DNA of 64,000 nucleotides from Zootoca vivipara (GCF_963506605.1 NC_083277.1:114452001-114516000), one strand, 5' to 3'. Shown: positions 13,801 through 25,940, counted from the stretch's first letter. Notes: a model not told the origin generated them from the sequence alone. Numbers and translations: made by a program.

Positions 13801-16800
13801 AACCGAGAACCGAGCACAGCTGCTCATCAAGTTGCCGAGACTGACAGTCCCCGGCTCCCTGCAGCTATCCAAGTCCCCTCCTTGCCAGGGCTTTCCCCAA
13901 GCAATCAGAGACTGTGCCTGTGTGCAGTTTTCTGCTGCTCTGCCCTCTTCAGCCCACTTCCAGTTGTTGGAGTTGACACCCATGACTTTTCACCAGCCTG
14001 ACTCACCTCTGCCTCACAGCCTCCCTCCTCCCACTCGCCGGCTTTGGCATCTGATTCTGGACTTCTCTCTGCCACAGAGAGACTTAGCTGACCAAATCCT
14101 GTTACCTCTTCAACTTCTGACACGACCTCTTCCCAGTCTTCTCCCTCTGGCCACTCATCATTGTCCCTCCACAACTGCACAGACTCTGAGCCTTCTTCCT
14201 TTGGTGCCTGCCACCATTCCTTTGTGTCCAACCAGTCCATGACACTGATGAACTGCAACTCCCATCACTCCCGACTACGTATTGGCCATCATGGCTGGGG
14301 CTGATGGGAGCAACATCTGGAGAGCTACGGGTTCCCCACCTTGAACGCAGAGCATTGCATGCCCATGTCATGTTAGATACCTCTGGGGCAAAGTCCTTTT
14401 TCTGAAAATGAGAGGCACCTACTAGGAAAGAAGTAGGATCGCTATCGTATTACTTCAGACTTGGGCTGTATATGCATTTGTTCCATGAACCCCCCACCAC
14501 TGCCTTAGACCTCACACACTGGCAAACCTGTTCCCCTTCTCTTTTGCAGTGAGCTGCTGGATGTAGAGCACTTCCGCACCATCTACCACATGTTCGTGGC
14601 CATGCTCTGCGTCTTTGCTCTCAGCACCGTTGTTGTGGATTTCATTGATGAAGGACGGTATGGTTCAGCAATGGGGCTGGGGACAGGTGGGGTGGCATAG
14701 GGAGACTCCTCTGTGCTTTGCATGATAGAACAGTGGAGGGCAGGGAGGAGGACTTGCAGCAAAATGCAATGCTCTCGGTCTCTGTATCAGGTCCACTTTC
14801 TGAGCCGTGCCCTGCTTGTCGCCCTCTCTGGGTGTTTCTGCCTGGCTGGAATTTGTCCTTGAACTGTGACAATGCCTCTTGCATGCCTGGAATAATAGAA
14901 TCCTAAAAATCATAGAATCGTAGAGTCGGAAAGGAACCCCAAGGGTCATCCACTCCAACCCCCTGCAATGCAGGCATCTCAGCTAAAGCATCCATGAAAG
15001 ATGGCCATCCATCCATCTGGAGGGAGGGTAGAGACGGGTGTGTGCATGTGTGTGCAAAAACTATCCCACTGAACAGAGGTAAACATCTGTGCTTGCTGCT
15101 ATGCTCACTTTTGACTCTGACCTCGCCTGCTACTGGCCTGGGGCCCCTGAAAAGTTGCCCAAAAGGGAAATGCGGCCCTCAGGCTGGAAAATGTTCCCCA
15201 CCCCTGTCCAACGGAAAGGTTTGTGTGCTGTGATTTCCAATGCCCCTGGCTTGAGACCCAACTCACAGTCCCCCTCTTTATTTGAAACCTGTTGTCACTT
15301 ACCCGCTTGAATGACTCCCAATGTTGGTTGCTGTGTCCTCAGTGGCTGCCTTTCCATCTTTCACAGCCTTGTCCTGGACTTCAAGCTCTTCATCTTTGCT
15401 TTTGGACAGCTGCACGTGGCGCTCTTTGCCTGGCTCTGCATGTTCCTCTACACCCTAGTGGTTCCCTACAAGGCCCTGCAGATCTGGACTAGCTGCTTAA
15501 GGACTGTCCGGTTCCCCAAACTCTTCACGGCGGCTGTGGTTGTGGCGCTGCTGCTCTGCCACACTGCTGCCCTGGGCTTCTATCCCATCCATACTGTAGT
15601 CAGCTACAAACTGGGGCCTGCCTCTCGCTTCATTGTCATCCTGGAGCAGGTGCAGTACTGTGACATCGTCATCACCAAGGGAGATAAACTCCCAAGCAGT
15701 CTTGGTGGGCAGAGGGGGTGGTGGTGCATCAGGTTAATTCGAGGCAGAGAGGGGTGCATTGTAGGGGGGAGATTAAGGGCAGGGGTGGCTTTTCCCCCAT
15801 TGGTACTGGTAGGTCAGAAGGCAAGGAGACCAACAGTAAATGGAGCCAGAGAGCCAATGACAAACACAGCCAACTAAAGCTAGTTTTGCTCCCCATTGTC
15901 TTCCTGGCTGGATTCTCCAGGCTCAGCTCTGAGGCTAAGGAGCAGAAAGTTGCCCCTGGCCGTGCCGCCTCCTGGACTGGTTGCAAGTAAGAAGGGAGGC
16001 AGATGGAGGCAGGCTAAAGGTGGACTGAGGTTGGCAGGACAGTGCCCCTTTCACCTTAGTATATCAGCCTCCATTGCTTAAGGGAAAACCAAACTGTGTC
16101 ATTGGGGTTGAAATGGTACATCCAGATGCCCAAAGCAGAAGTTCCAGGCATGTGAACAGGCAGTGAAGAATATAAACACCTGCAGTGGTACAGATGTATA
16201 TTTCTATATCTGGGCTGGAGGTGTGCCACACGTCTGACATCTGGCCATGGAACAATCTTGCTCTTGGTTTAAAGGCATACGCATCTGTTGGGGCCGGTCC
16301 TCCTATTAGGCAGAGGTAATCGCCTCAGGCAGCTGCTTTTGAGTGGCAGCAAGTTCTTGTTGCAGCTATCGCCATAATCAGTAACACAGAATCGCAGCAG
16401 CACATTTCTTATTTATTAATTAAAAGCATTTCTAAGCAACCTGATATTTTACAGTTGGCCTCAGGTCCAATAACTGGGAGGGACCTCAGTCAGTGGGGAC
16501 AGTTCTGAGAGCTAGATGGGCAAGCGGTCTGACTCTGCATAAGGCAGCTTCCTATGTTGTGGGAAGGCGGTGTGGTCAGCAGCCTGGAGGCAAGCAAAGC
16601 AGGCAATTGAGGCGGAAAGTTAGCAAGCGGCCAAGTTGATACATAGCCAAGTGGTGACTGGGGGCCAGTCATCCAAGGGCAGCTCAGTCTGTGCCTGCAC
16701 AATAAGCTGCTCAGAATGAAGATCCAGGCCATGGCAAGGGGCTTTGTAGCACCAAGCACAACTCTATTGGCCCTCTGGATCATGATGGGGCAGTAGGTTG

Positions 16801-17545
16801 GTGAGCTGTAGTGCCACTCTCTGGCTATCTGGGTGGTGGTGCAGGAAAAAAAGAGACCTGTCGTTCCCTCCTCTGGCAAGCTGCAAGAGAAGGGTGCCAA
16901 TCTGGGTCCTGCCACAGTCCCCCATTCGGCAGCCACACACCCAGCACCTACTCAATTGTTCCCCCTGTTTCAGTGCTTGCTTCCCCCACCTGCTTAGATC
17001 CGGTTCCTCATGAAGAGCCATGCGTTCCTGCGAGAATCTGTGCCTCCTATCCTCTGTGCTGTGTCCCAGAATGGTGAGTTTGATTGCGGGGTGGTGGCAT
17101 CTATGCCAGCCCTTCCATCAAGAGTGGGGGAACTTCAGGACCAGAAGAGTCAAATGCCTGTGGGTGTTACTACAAATACCTACCTCTGCCTGCTACTGCA
17201 AAGCAAACTAAATCTCTCCTCAGTGCAAAGCCTCGGTCCTGTATACCTGAAGGAGCGTCTCCACCCCCATTGTTCTGCCCGGACACTGAGGTCCAGTGCC
17301 GAGGGCCTTCTGGCAGTTCCCTTGCTGCGAGAAGCCAACTTACAGGGAACCAGGCAGAGGGCCTTCTCAGTGGTGGCACCCACCAGATGTCAAAGAGAAA
17401 AACAACTGCCAGACCTTTAGGAGACATCTGAAGGCAGCACTGTTTAGGGAAGCTTTTCATGTTTAATAGATTATTGTATTTTAATGTTTTGTTGGAAGCC
17501 GCGCAGAGTGGCTGGGGAAACCCAGCCAGATGGGCGGGGTATAAA

Positions 17546-17593
<48 letters not shown>

Positions 17594-20500
17594 GAGCTCT
17601 CTGTTTTCATAATTGAGTGCATAATCTCCCCTATCCACTCCCCTGATCATTGCACATAGGCTATCTTATTCAGCAATTTCTCTGACTTTGGTTTTCCTAG
17701 GCATTGACCTCACACTTCAAAGCATATCTTTGTGATCATAAGAGCTAGAAACTTTGCTTTTTGCTCTCAATTCCATGATTCTACAGATACATCCTTCACA
17801 GTATACACAAACCACTGAGTATTTTATGTTAGAATGGCATTGCAGAAAATGGAAGGGTCTGCGCTTAGTGCACCACTGCACCATGCCAGAGCAAGTTCTA
17901 CTAAGTTATCCCTTTTCTCATTGTACAATACAGCCCCACACCTCTTTGCTTCACAGTGCCCTCAGCTGCTCCTCTCTCTCTTTCCTTTCCAGGAAAAGGG
18001 CGCCCACCTGAATTCTCAACATACCTGTATTTCCTCTTCTGCCCCACTTTGATCTACAGAGAGAACTACCCAAGGTGAGTCCTCTTCTCTTCATCCTCCT
18101 ATTTTACTCTTTAAAGGCTTCCAGAGTCTCTAGCTCCGGTACAAGGATACCCTGGGTCAGAAAGGGAGCAAAATTGGCAGAGCTTCAGAGTACAGGATGC
18201 TTTTAAAGTATCCCAAAGTAAAGCAGGAGTATGCTGTTGCTGGTCTCACAGTTTTCAAATAATTTCTTCGTATTTTTTTCTGTTCTTTCTATTGTTAGCG
18301 AGTCCTAGAGAAGTGCTTAGTTTAAGCAGAAAATTGGTGCTTCGGGGTTATTAAAATGTAGTTGTTCCTTGGCTGTTATAGGGGTGTGATATGATATTGC
18401 TGTAAGCCCATTATCTGCTTTTGTTAGACTTCCCTTTAAAGTACCAGAAATCCTAATGCAAACCATTCTAGTATAGGTTTTCTGGCGTGGTCTTTATTAG
18501 AGCTTTTAAAATTTAATTCCATCCGATCAGGAGGAGAGCTTCATGCTAGAAGGCTATGATCGCTCAGTGATGACACCACTCCCCCCTCAGATTCCATGGT
18601 GCACCCCACACCTGTCTTGGGGAGTAGTATATCCATCATTCTTCCCAAGGAGCGGAAATTGTACTCCTGTAAGGAGGAAACCTCCACACAGTGCCTTCTC
18701 TTTTCCTTGTAGGACACCTTATGTACGCTGGAGGTATGTCATCAATAACTTTGCTAAGGTGAGAGACGCAAAACGATGATTCTATTGGCTGGTCATTACA
18801 TCTGGCCTCTCTGTGGACAAAGAGGGTTCTTAGGGTCATGGGATAGCCACATGAACTGAAGATGAATGGCTCCAAGTTTCAGGAATCCTGGGTACAGGTC
18901 CCTTTGGTGGGCGGCGCCTCATGGGCTTACCTGGCAGTGGTGGCACAGGCAGCAGCAACACTCCAAGCTGGATGGCTGAAGGCTGCCAATTTAATTTCCC
19001 ACAATGCCTCAGGGCAGTGCTGTGTTGGGAGCATTGTGGGAAATTTAAATGGCAAGGAGATCTATCCACTTAGAGCAAGTCCTGAAGGAGATGCCCAAGA
19101 ATAGTGGGTGTTGACACAAACTCTGAGCCACTGCATCACATCCACTGCAGTGGGACGGAACTTTCCCCTTTCTGTTCTGCAGGTCCTTGGGTGCTTGTTT
19201 TATGGGTACTTCATCCTGGAGCGCCTCTGCATCCCTGTCTTCAACAACATGAGCAAGCAGCCCTTCAGCATCAAAACCCTGGTGCTCTCCATCTTCAACG
19301 CAACATTACCAGGTAGATGAGCAGAGCAGCATCCTGGTTCATGGGGGCACAAGGTACAGAGGTCGTCCGCCAGAAAATAAAATGGCGGGAAGCAGTGAAG
19401 TCATATTGAGTCGCTGTTGGGTGGGAAACCTGGTGACCTGTGGGATCGTCATGGGGATGTGTCTTCATTCCCCCCCCACCGCCTCTTAATCCCTCTCATT
19501 AACCACCCACATTGCCTCAGCCTTCTCCCTTCTCTATTGTCACACTCCGAGAGTGACCAGTAATGTCCTTCCCCTGTTTGTTCCTGACTTCCAGTAGTCA
19601 GAGGTTTATGTGTGTCAGTGACGTCAGCACACTGGGGGGCATGATGATGTCACACGCGCATGCCCTGCCCCGGTGAAGGCGCACAGCCCCAGGCACCCAC
19701 AGCCATGAGGGCAAGCTGGAACCGCTGGTCAGGAGAAACCCCAGAACTGCACACAGGTTGAAGATTGAATGGATTGTTCCAACTTGCAAGCTGAAATGCT
19801 TGTGCTGGTGGAACGATTACCATAGCACTATGTTGAATTGCTCTTCTCCTTCGCTGTATGCATTTATTATTTACTAGCTGGCTCTGCATGCGTTGCTGTG
19901 CGTTAATCTGTGAAATGGAGGGTAATAGCCCCCCTTCAGATCCCCCTAAGCCTCAGAGTCCCCCTGAGTCGAGGCGAGATACTGTGGAGAGGGCAGGTTT
20001 CATCCCTGTGTCTCCCCCCACCCTGTTCTGACCCATTACGTATCCCTGCCCTCTATTCGGACACCCCATCCCCCCCCCAGGCAGGCCCCTACCTCCACTT
20101 GGCCTAGTCTGGAAAGCGGCCTAGTCTGTCTGATAATGGCCGCCTTGGTGGTTTCAGTTGCTTGGTTGATGATGTCATTTGGTTTGTGGGTGTGGCTTAG
20201 ATTTCACAGGAAGGGAGGGGTGGAGGAGGGTATTACGCCACTTGAGGGCGCTGTTTGACTTGGTGGAAAACCAGGTCTATACCTGCCCAGGTGTGTTATT
20301 TGAGGGATTTTTGTCCCCAACAACGCTCGGGGAGTGGCCTGGATTGTTATGTCAAAATTTCAGGACGATCGGTCAAGCGGTTACGGAGAAAAGTGGAAAA
20401 CGCAGTTTCACGATTTTTACATTTATATATATATAGATTATTCATGCTTTTAGATTCCAAGGAGCTCAAGGTATGGTCCTCCATCTCCTCATTTATTCCC

Positions 20501-23500
20501 CACAACCACCCTGTGAGGTAGGTTAGGCTGAGAGGCTGTGACCGACCCAAGGTCACCCAGTGAGCTTCATGGCTTTGTGGGAATTTGAACTCTAGTTCAT
20601 CACTATAACTGCTACACAACACTGTCTCTAATAATGGTAGGGCATGCCCCTGCTGAAGAGGCAAAGATTAAAACTGCAAGTGCTTCATATACTCTGTTGT
20701 GGTCAAAACTGATCCAATGCAGCCCAAACCCGTAGTGATTGTACTGCAATCTTACACGTCCCTTGTTTGATTCTTGTTCCCCCCGCCCCCCCCCATCTGT
20801 ACACTCATTTCCTCCTCCATATGTCTGTCCTCACAGGGACGTTTCTGCTGCTTTTGGCATTTTTTGCTTTCCTACACTGCTGGCTGAATGCCTTTGCTGA
20901 GATGCTGCGCTTTGCTGACCGGACGTTCTACAAGGTGATTGGCAGGGGAAGGGCAGGGAGGAGGTTGGACTGCTTATACAGTGGTACCTCTACTTACGAA
21001 TGACTCGACTTACGAATGTTTCTACTTACGAATGGAGCTCCATCTGCCTCTTGAATGCTGTTTAGATAGGATTTTTTTCTACTTATGAATTTTTAGAAAG
21101 GGTTGCTTCTACTTACAAATTTTTTCTCCCAATGCATTCCTATGGGATTCGACTTACAAATGTGTGTTCGGAACGCATTAAATTCGTAAGTAGAGGTACC
21201 ACTGTATTCCATCCCTTCAGACACATGTGGTGGGTCATTTGGCTTCCTGGGAATGTCAGCTTTCAAATTTTGCCTTCATAGCTACCGGTACAAGCAGTGC
21301 TTTTTTTCTAGAAAAAGAACTCACCATGAACTCCTTCCTTGTTCTCTTATAATGGCAATGGCACCCACCTGAGATGTACGGGAACTGAGTTCGGCTGGAA
21401 AAAAAGCCCTGGTTACAAGCAAACAAAAAACCAAAATAGCTGCACATGCAAAGGCAGAGACTGCCTAAGGCGTTGAAATTAAAGGCAAGTAGGCCCAAGC
21501 AAAGTCATGTGCTCAGTCACTAGTAGCCACATCACACTGAACAGGCTTGTTTAGCTTCTGAAAACCCAATTATACCTGAACAACAACTTTCAACTGACAC
21601 AGCACAACTAACATTCTGGCTGCAAAACAGTCGATTCCATTCCAAACAGCCATTTTGTTGAGGGCAAGAGTTGGATTCTCACGGCATGAAAGACTGCCAT
21701 CTACGGCAGGGGTGCTAGCAGAGGAATGTGAAGAGAGGCAGTCTGGAGCAGAAATGCCCGGGTATGGTTTTGTCCCTCTAGGTGTTGCTGAACTAAACCT
21801 CCCATCAACCCTGGCAAGCATGGCCAACAGCGGGATGGTGGTGGGAGTTGTAGTTCAGCAACATCTGGAAGGACAAAGGTTCCCTACACCTGCTGTACAT
21901 GCTCAGATGCACTTTTTTCTATTACTATTTCATGTACAGTCACATTCGGTGCCAGTATCCAACTTAGGTCTTATGGTTGACCCCAGCACAATCAACTCTG
22001 ATAGAGCAGGCTATAGGGAGTGGGCAAAGATGAGCATTTGTCAAAGGAACTGGCCACACTGGGCACACTTGCCAGGCAGCACCTTCTCTTCTGCAGGCTG
22101 CCTGGACATGTGTGGCCCAAAATCTTTTGGGGGGCGATGATGCACAGTGTGGCCACACATAGCTATCCAGATTCATGATTGCACCTCTCTCTTTTTGTCC
22201 TAGGACTGGTGGAATTCCACATCATTCTCTACATATTACCGGACGTGGAATGTGGTTGTACATGACTGGCTCTACTACTATATCTATCAAGAAATCGTGT
22301 GGGTAGGTAAGGCTTTCGGGGGAGGAAACAGGTGCGTTGCACTGTTCACTTCCTTTAGGCCTGGGAGTTCAATCCGCTGTTTCTTTGCCCCTCTCCTGCC
22401 CCAGGGCTTCCTTTACTGCCCCAAACTGCACAGGCTTCATGATCTCCCTAAAGGACCCCTCTGCCAGACTGCTTCCCCACCCCCCACCCCGCAACATGCC
22501 ATGGGTGCAGTAAGAGTGCATTACTGGACCATCCACACATCGTTTCACATTGCTGTCTTATTCTGCGATGCTTCCTTCACATTACTGCACAAATGTCGCC
22601 TGGAAGGTCTCTCTCTTCTTAAAAACAAAAAAAGGTTTGTTGGGGGGGGGGTCTTCAACAGGTGCCCAATGAACCAGGCAAGAGTGGGGGTGTTTTCAGG
22701 GTGTGAGGCTGAGGAAAGGGAAAACTTTCCAAGTGGGAGCTGGAAAGACTCACTTATTTGAATGTAGATTGAAGATTAGGGTATAATTAGAATACTTCTT
22801 TCTTCCTTTGCCTTCCCCCCCCCTCTCTCTCCCTTTCTTTCTTTCTGAATTCATTTGTTCTAGATATAATTTTATTGTATTGCGAAAACTTGAATAAAAA
22901 ATTATGAAACAAGAAGCAGGTGCCCAAAGGACAATAGGGAGGGTGTTTGCCTGATACGTCTTTTTTTACCACACATGCCAAAGACCAGGATCTTTCGCAT
23001 ACAAAGAAAACTACAAAATGAAGGTTCCAGATGCATCTCTGTGGAAAGGGTTTTTTGCAACCACTCTTTGCCCCCATTTTTTTTTAAAAAAAAACTTCTG
23101 GGAGGAAAGTACTTCCAAAGTGTAAGTAAGGGTGAAGTACCTGTTGTAACTGCTCTGTGTCTTTCCTCACCTGGAGCAGTTTGCCAAAAGGGGCAGAGGT
23201 GCCATGCTAGCTTCCCACCAGGTGCATCTCCACTGCTTACCGGGAGGGAGAAGTGGAGGGGCGAGGCGGTGCAAATGCCAATCTGCCATTCCTGCTAATG
23301 CATTTGCACCATGACAACTTCCCTGCTGCCTCACTCCTCTCCCAGTAAGCAACAACAGCACACCTGTCGGGAAGTTAAGTGTCGCGGCTCCACCCCACCT
23401 GGCAAGCTGTTTCCGTTCTTCACTTTTCACTAGAGAGTGAACACAACATTGGCTGTTTCATGTACAAAACCTGCAACTGACCTGTGCACTTTGCTCCTTC

Positions 23501-25940
23501 CAGCTGCTCAGAGGAAAGGCCCGGGTTGGTGCAATGCTGTTTGCCTTCATCGTCTCAGCAGTCGTCCACGAATACGTCTTCACCGTGTGCTTTGGCTTCT
23601 TCTACCCTGTCATGTTCACCCTCTTTGCCTTCTTTGGAGGTCAGTACTGCCTCAGAAATTCATCTGAGCAGAAACCACTCCACCCGACTTGAGCACCTTG
23701 AGCACCGTCAAATTCTTGCAGTACGAAAGGGAAAACACATTGTTTTCTTATGTTCTTAAACAGCCCCGTGTGGTGCAAGGGAGCTTTTTAACCTCATGCA
23801 CACATTACATGCACCGGTCTTCCTCTCCAGGATTCATCCCATAGGCTGTTGTTTTACCCTCCCACCCCCTGCTCACACTCCAGGTCCCCTCCACACACAC
23901 ACCCAGCCCTTGCTCAACAGACTACTATAGCACCTGGAAGCTTGATGGTCCTTATTCAGGCAGTTTCAGATGGTTAAAAACCATTGCTTTTCATTTTCAC
24001 TTACTCATTGGACTTCCAGTGTATGCAGAAGTTTGTATTTCGAAACCACCGCCTTACTTTTTGGGTGGCCCCGTTTCACTTCCAAATGTTCAGAGTCGCA
24101 GTCAGCAATGCCACACACTTTTTCCAGGACACTCCATTCCATTCCCCCTTCCTTCCCAGGTTTTTCAGATCCACCTACAAGATGCACAATGTTTGCAGCC
24201 ACTGAGCATGCTCAGTGCTACGGTATCCTCATTGGGCTGGTGTTTAGCGGGGGGGGGGGGACACCAAAGCTCCCCATCCCTAAATATTTTTTCCTGCTGC
24301 TGCTGCAAACCTTGGCCTTCCCCTGAGCCTGCTGATACCTCCCTCATGCTTCTCAGGAGCCAATTGGGTTGCAAAGCTGCCATAACTCAACATCGGAGCT
24401 TGGTATTGATATATAACGACACATGTGAATGCCTGCAAGTTAGGATAATATGCTCTGTTCCCAAATTAGTTTCAGCTTTGCATGAAATGGGAACTGCTAT
24501 TCCTCCAAGTTCTAGGAACGAAGGTTGGGAGAAGGGCCATAGTTCAGTGGTATGGAGCATCTGCTATGCCTGCAAAAGGTCCCAGCTTCAATTCCCAGCA
24601 TCTCCAGGGAATGCCCCACCTGAAACCCTGGAGAGCTGCTGCCAATTACTGTTGGTTATATGCAGCTAAATGGACCAATTATCTGATTCACATTCCTATG
24701 TCACTATGGACCAGGGCGCTGCTCTGTAGCAGAGATTCCCAGAAACTGCCAGGTGAGAAAGCCCTTTGGTCCAATGTGTTCTGGACTGTGCCCAACTAAC
24801 CTTTTTTTCCTGATCTTCTTCACAGTGATCTTTAACTTCATCCTCAATGATAAGAGAACAAGCCCTGTATGGAACGTCATAATGTGGACATTCCTGTATG
24901 TGGGCCAAGGAATCCAGGTCTGCCTGTACTGCCAAGAGTGGTATGCCCAAATCCACTGCCCACTCAAAGAGGTGAGCATGCAGACTGGCCCATGGGTGCA
25001 GAACAAGCCCTCAATTCCTCCCATGTGCCAACTTGCAGAAGGCACAGCCCAAGGCATTTTGCTGCCTGAAGAACTCCCAGTTCTGTCTACTTCCCATAGC
25101 TCCCCATTTGCTGCCCGAGGCAGCTGCCTCACAGCATGGCCAGCCCTGGTATCAGGGATCAAAAGTCCCCAACCCTGAGTGTGTGTAATACACTGATTAG
25201 CACACATAAAGGCTCCACAATCCTGTGCAGTTCTGCCATATTTTCAATAACATGGTTTTCCAGCACATCAGTTAATGGCAAAATCCACAAAGAATCTTGT
25301 AGCATCTTGAATAATAAGTGTGCTTGCAGGCAGGTGTTTCTTGTGGGATTGGTGCTTCTCCTGCATGCATCTTTTTTTTTTTTTTTTGCTGTGTACACAC
25401 AATGTTGCTGCCATAAAAATGCTGGCCTGCATTCACACCCATTTAATTTGGATTTACTCTTCCCAGGAGAAATACTGTAACTTTCCCCACCCCTTCTGTT
25501 CCAATTAAACCTTCTCCACCTGAGACCCTGGGGAAACACTTCCAGTCAAAGTAGACAATATAGGCTATTTCACAGGTAGTCAAACCTTGAGATAGCTCAA
25601 TGATCTGCTTTCATAACTAAAACCCTGCCTGGAAGCTCCCTGCCAAATTTATTATGATTTAAGAGTTCCCGGGCTAGAGCCCATTTCATTATATTATGCC
25701 ATAATAAATGAGCTAGTTTTATAAAGTGTCACTCGGTGCACTAGCATAAATTGCCACCATATTGACCTAGATCTAACCACCAGTGAAAGGCATAACTTTG
25801 TGTACAGTATACCCTTTTGACTTGTCGAAGTCCTTTCCTTTTCTGATTCTGGCCCTCAGTGATGTTTGTTGTTGTTTTCTGCCTTTCAGAGGACCTTCTG
25901 GGGGATAGTGACTCCACGTTCCTGGTCCTGCCGCTCCTAG
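7764..25940 (+). CDS. SOAT2: Sterol O-acyltransferase 2 (ACAT2), MBOAT family; 15 coding exons, 1599 nt, 532 aa
   Basis: Exons 7764-7860, 9683-9741, 11471-11598, 13464-13523, 14550-14657, 15367-15649, 16998-17073, 17993-18074, 18713-18758, 19183-19312, 20837-20934, 22204-22302, 23504-23639, 24826-24971 and 25890-25940. All introns are GT-AG with consistent phases and there is no internal stop. Motifs: [51 protein letters not shown], catalytic VHEY, C-terminal TPRSWSC. The Cys in FCPTL, QWKRHVE and the CSAD neighbour indicate SOAT2 rather than SOAT1. Confidence 0.97.
9200..9345 (+). mobile_element. Penelope-like element 3' end; second copy ~56765-56875
   Basis: TCTGAAGAAGTGTGCATGCACACGAAAGCTCATACC...GTCTCTAAGGTGCTAC, near-identical in both copies. 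Confidence 0.65.
9683..9741 (+). CDS. SOAT2: SOAT2 exon 2 ([19 protein letters not shown])
   Basis: tttag acceptor, GTAAC donor; QWKRHVE matches human QWTRHME. Confidence 0.85.
10323..10572. mobile_element. Tc1/mariner (Tigger-like) MITE; relatives at 49208-49456 and 60663-60848
   Basis: TIR CAGTCGTACCTTGG...CCAAGGTACGACTG with a TA flank. Nested in an older repeat that also occurs, inverted, at ~50050-50315. Confidence 0.75.
10951..11337 (-). mobile_element. Sauria SINE, full length
   Basis: Minus strand begins GGGACGCGGGTGGCGCTGTGGTCTAAACC and ends in an (ACCTTT)n tail. Confidence 0.9.
11471..11598 (+). CDS. SOAT2: SOAT2 exon 3 ([20 protein letters not shown]...)
   Basis: AG/GT boundaries; matches human AVKAQLLEQAQGQLRELLD. 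Confidence 0.9.
11850..12081. mobile_element. Tc1/mariner MITE
   Basis: TA|CAGTGGTACCTC...GAGGTACCACTG|TA. Confidence 0.85.
13464..13523 (+). CDS. SOAT2: SOAT2 exon 4 ([19 protein letters not shown])
   Basis: AG/GTGAGT boundaries; matches human KQKVFIIRKSLL. Confidence 0.9.
13723..14243 (-). mobile_element. LTR-like/DIRS-like retroelement remnant in SOAT2 intron 4
   Basis: Minus strand starts TGTCATGGACTGG with a purine-rich body; family assignment tentative. Confidence 0.35.
14550..14657 (+). CDS. SOAT2: SOAT2 exon 5 ([15 protein letters not shown]...DFIDEG)
   Basis: Conserved ACAT motif, canonical splice sites. Confidence 0.95.
14905..15015 (-). mobile_element. CR1 LINE 3' end; others at ~40500-40625 (+) and ~57460-57545 (-)
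   Basis: CATAGAATC..GGAAAGGAACCCCAAGGGTCATC..TCCAACCCC, the CR1 3'UTR pattern. Confidence 0.7.
15367..15649 (+). CDS. SOAT2: SOAT2 exon 6 ([15 protein letters not shown]...[11 protein letters not shown])
   Basis: Inside ORF 15311-15877; transmembrane segments; canonical splice sites. Confidence 0.95.
16998..17073 (+). CDS. SOAT2: SOAT2 exon 7 ([16 protein letters not shown]...)
   Basis: MKxxxFLRE motif; tag/GTGAGT boundaries. Confidence 0.95.
17230..17592 (+). mobile_element. L2-type LINE 3' end with (ATT)n tail; relatives ~37630-37930 (+) and ~43130-43420 (-)
   Basis: ...GAAGCCGC.CAGAGTGGCTGGGGAAACCCAGCCAGATGGGCGGGGTATAAAT followed by a microsatellite tail. Confidence 0.7.
17993..18074 (+). 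CDS. SOAT2: SOAT2 exon 8 ([22 protein letters not shown])
   Basis: Conserved MBOAT motif; canonical splice sites. Confidence 0.95.
18713..18758 (+). CDS. SOAT2: SOAT2 exon 9 ([15 protein letters not shown])
   Basis: Matches human TPYVRWNYVAKNFAQ. Confidence 0.95.
19183..19312 (+). CDS. SOAT2: SOAT2 exon 10 ([20 protein letters not shown]...NATLP)
   Basis: Conserved translation; canonical splice sites. Confidence 0.95.
19874..20437 (-). mobile_element. Non-autonomous Helitron
   Basis: Minus strand reads A|TCTATATATATATAAATGT ... CACAGCAACGCATGCAGAGCCAGCTAG|T: TC...CTAG termini, AT target site, no TSD. Confidence 0.7.
20445..20630 (-). mobile_element. Squam3-like tRNA SINE
   Basis: Reverse complement of GCCATGAAGCTCACTGGGTGACCTTGG...CTCAGCCTAACCTACCTCACAGGG. 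Confidence 0.7.
20837..20934 (+). CDS. SOAT2: SOAT2 exon 11 ([25 protein letters not shown])
   Basis: Conserved MBOAT motif. Confidence 0.96.
20979..21204. mobile_element. Tc1/mariner MITE
   Basis: TA|CAGTGGTACCTCTACTTACGAA...TTCGTAAGTAGAGGTACCACTG|TA, perfect TIRs. Confidence 0.88.
22204..22302 (+). CDS. SOAT2: SOAT2 exon 12 ([24 protein letters not shown]...)
   Basis: FYxDWWN motif spans exons 11/12. Confidence 0.96.
23504..23639 (+). CDS. SOAT2: SOAT2 exon 13 (catalytic His, SAVVHEY)
   Basis: [10 protein letters not shown]...GFFYPVM. Confidence 0.96.
24826..24971 (+). CDS. SOAT2: SOAT2 exon 14 ([14 protein letters not shown]...YCQEWYA...CP)
   Basis: Conserved translation; canonical splice sites. 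Confidence 0.96.
25890..25940 (+). CDS. SOAT2: SOAT2 last coding exon ([16 protein letters not shown])
   Basis: Matches human [16 protein letters not shown]; TAG at 25938-25940. Confidence 0.95.
   Translation, partial: RTFWGIVTPRSWSCRS

Noticed and set aside
13790-14258. Overlapping Pro/Leu-rich and acidic ORFs
   Set aside because: They lie in a compositionally biased LTR-like repeat; not host exons.
24019-24669. 216-aa ORF in SOAT2 intron 13
   Set aside because: It runs through degenerate repeats and has no protein-family features.
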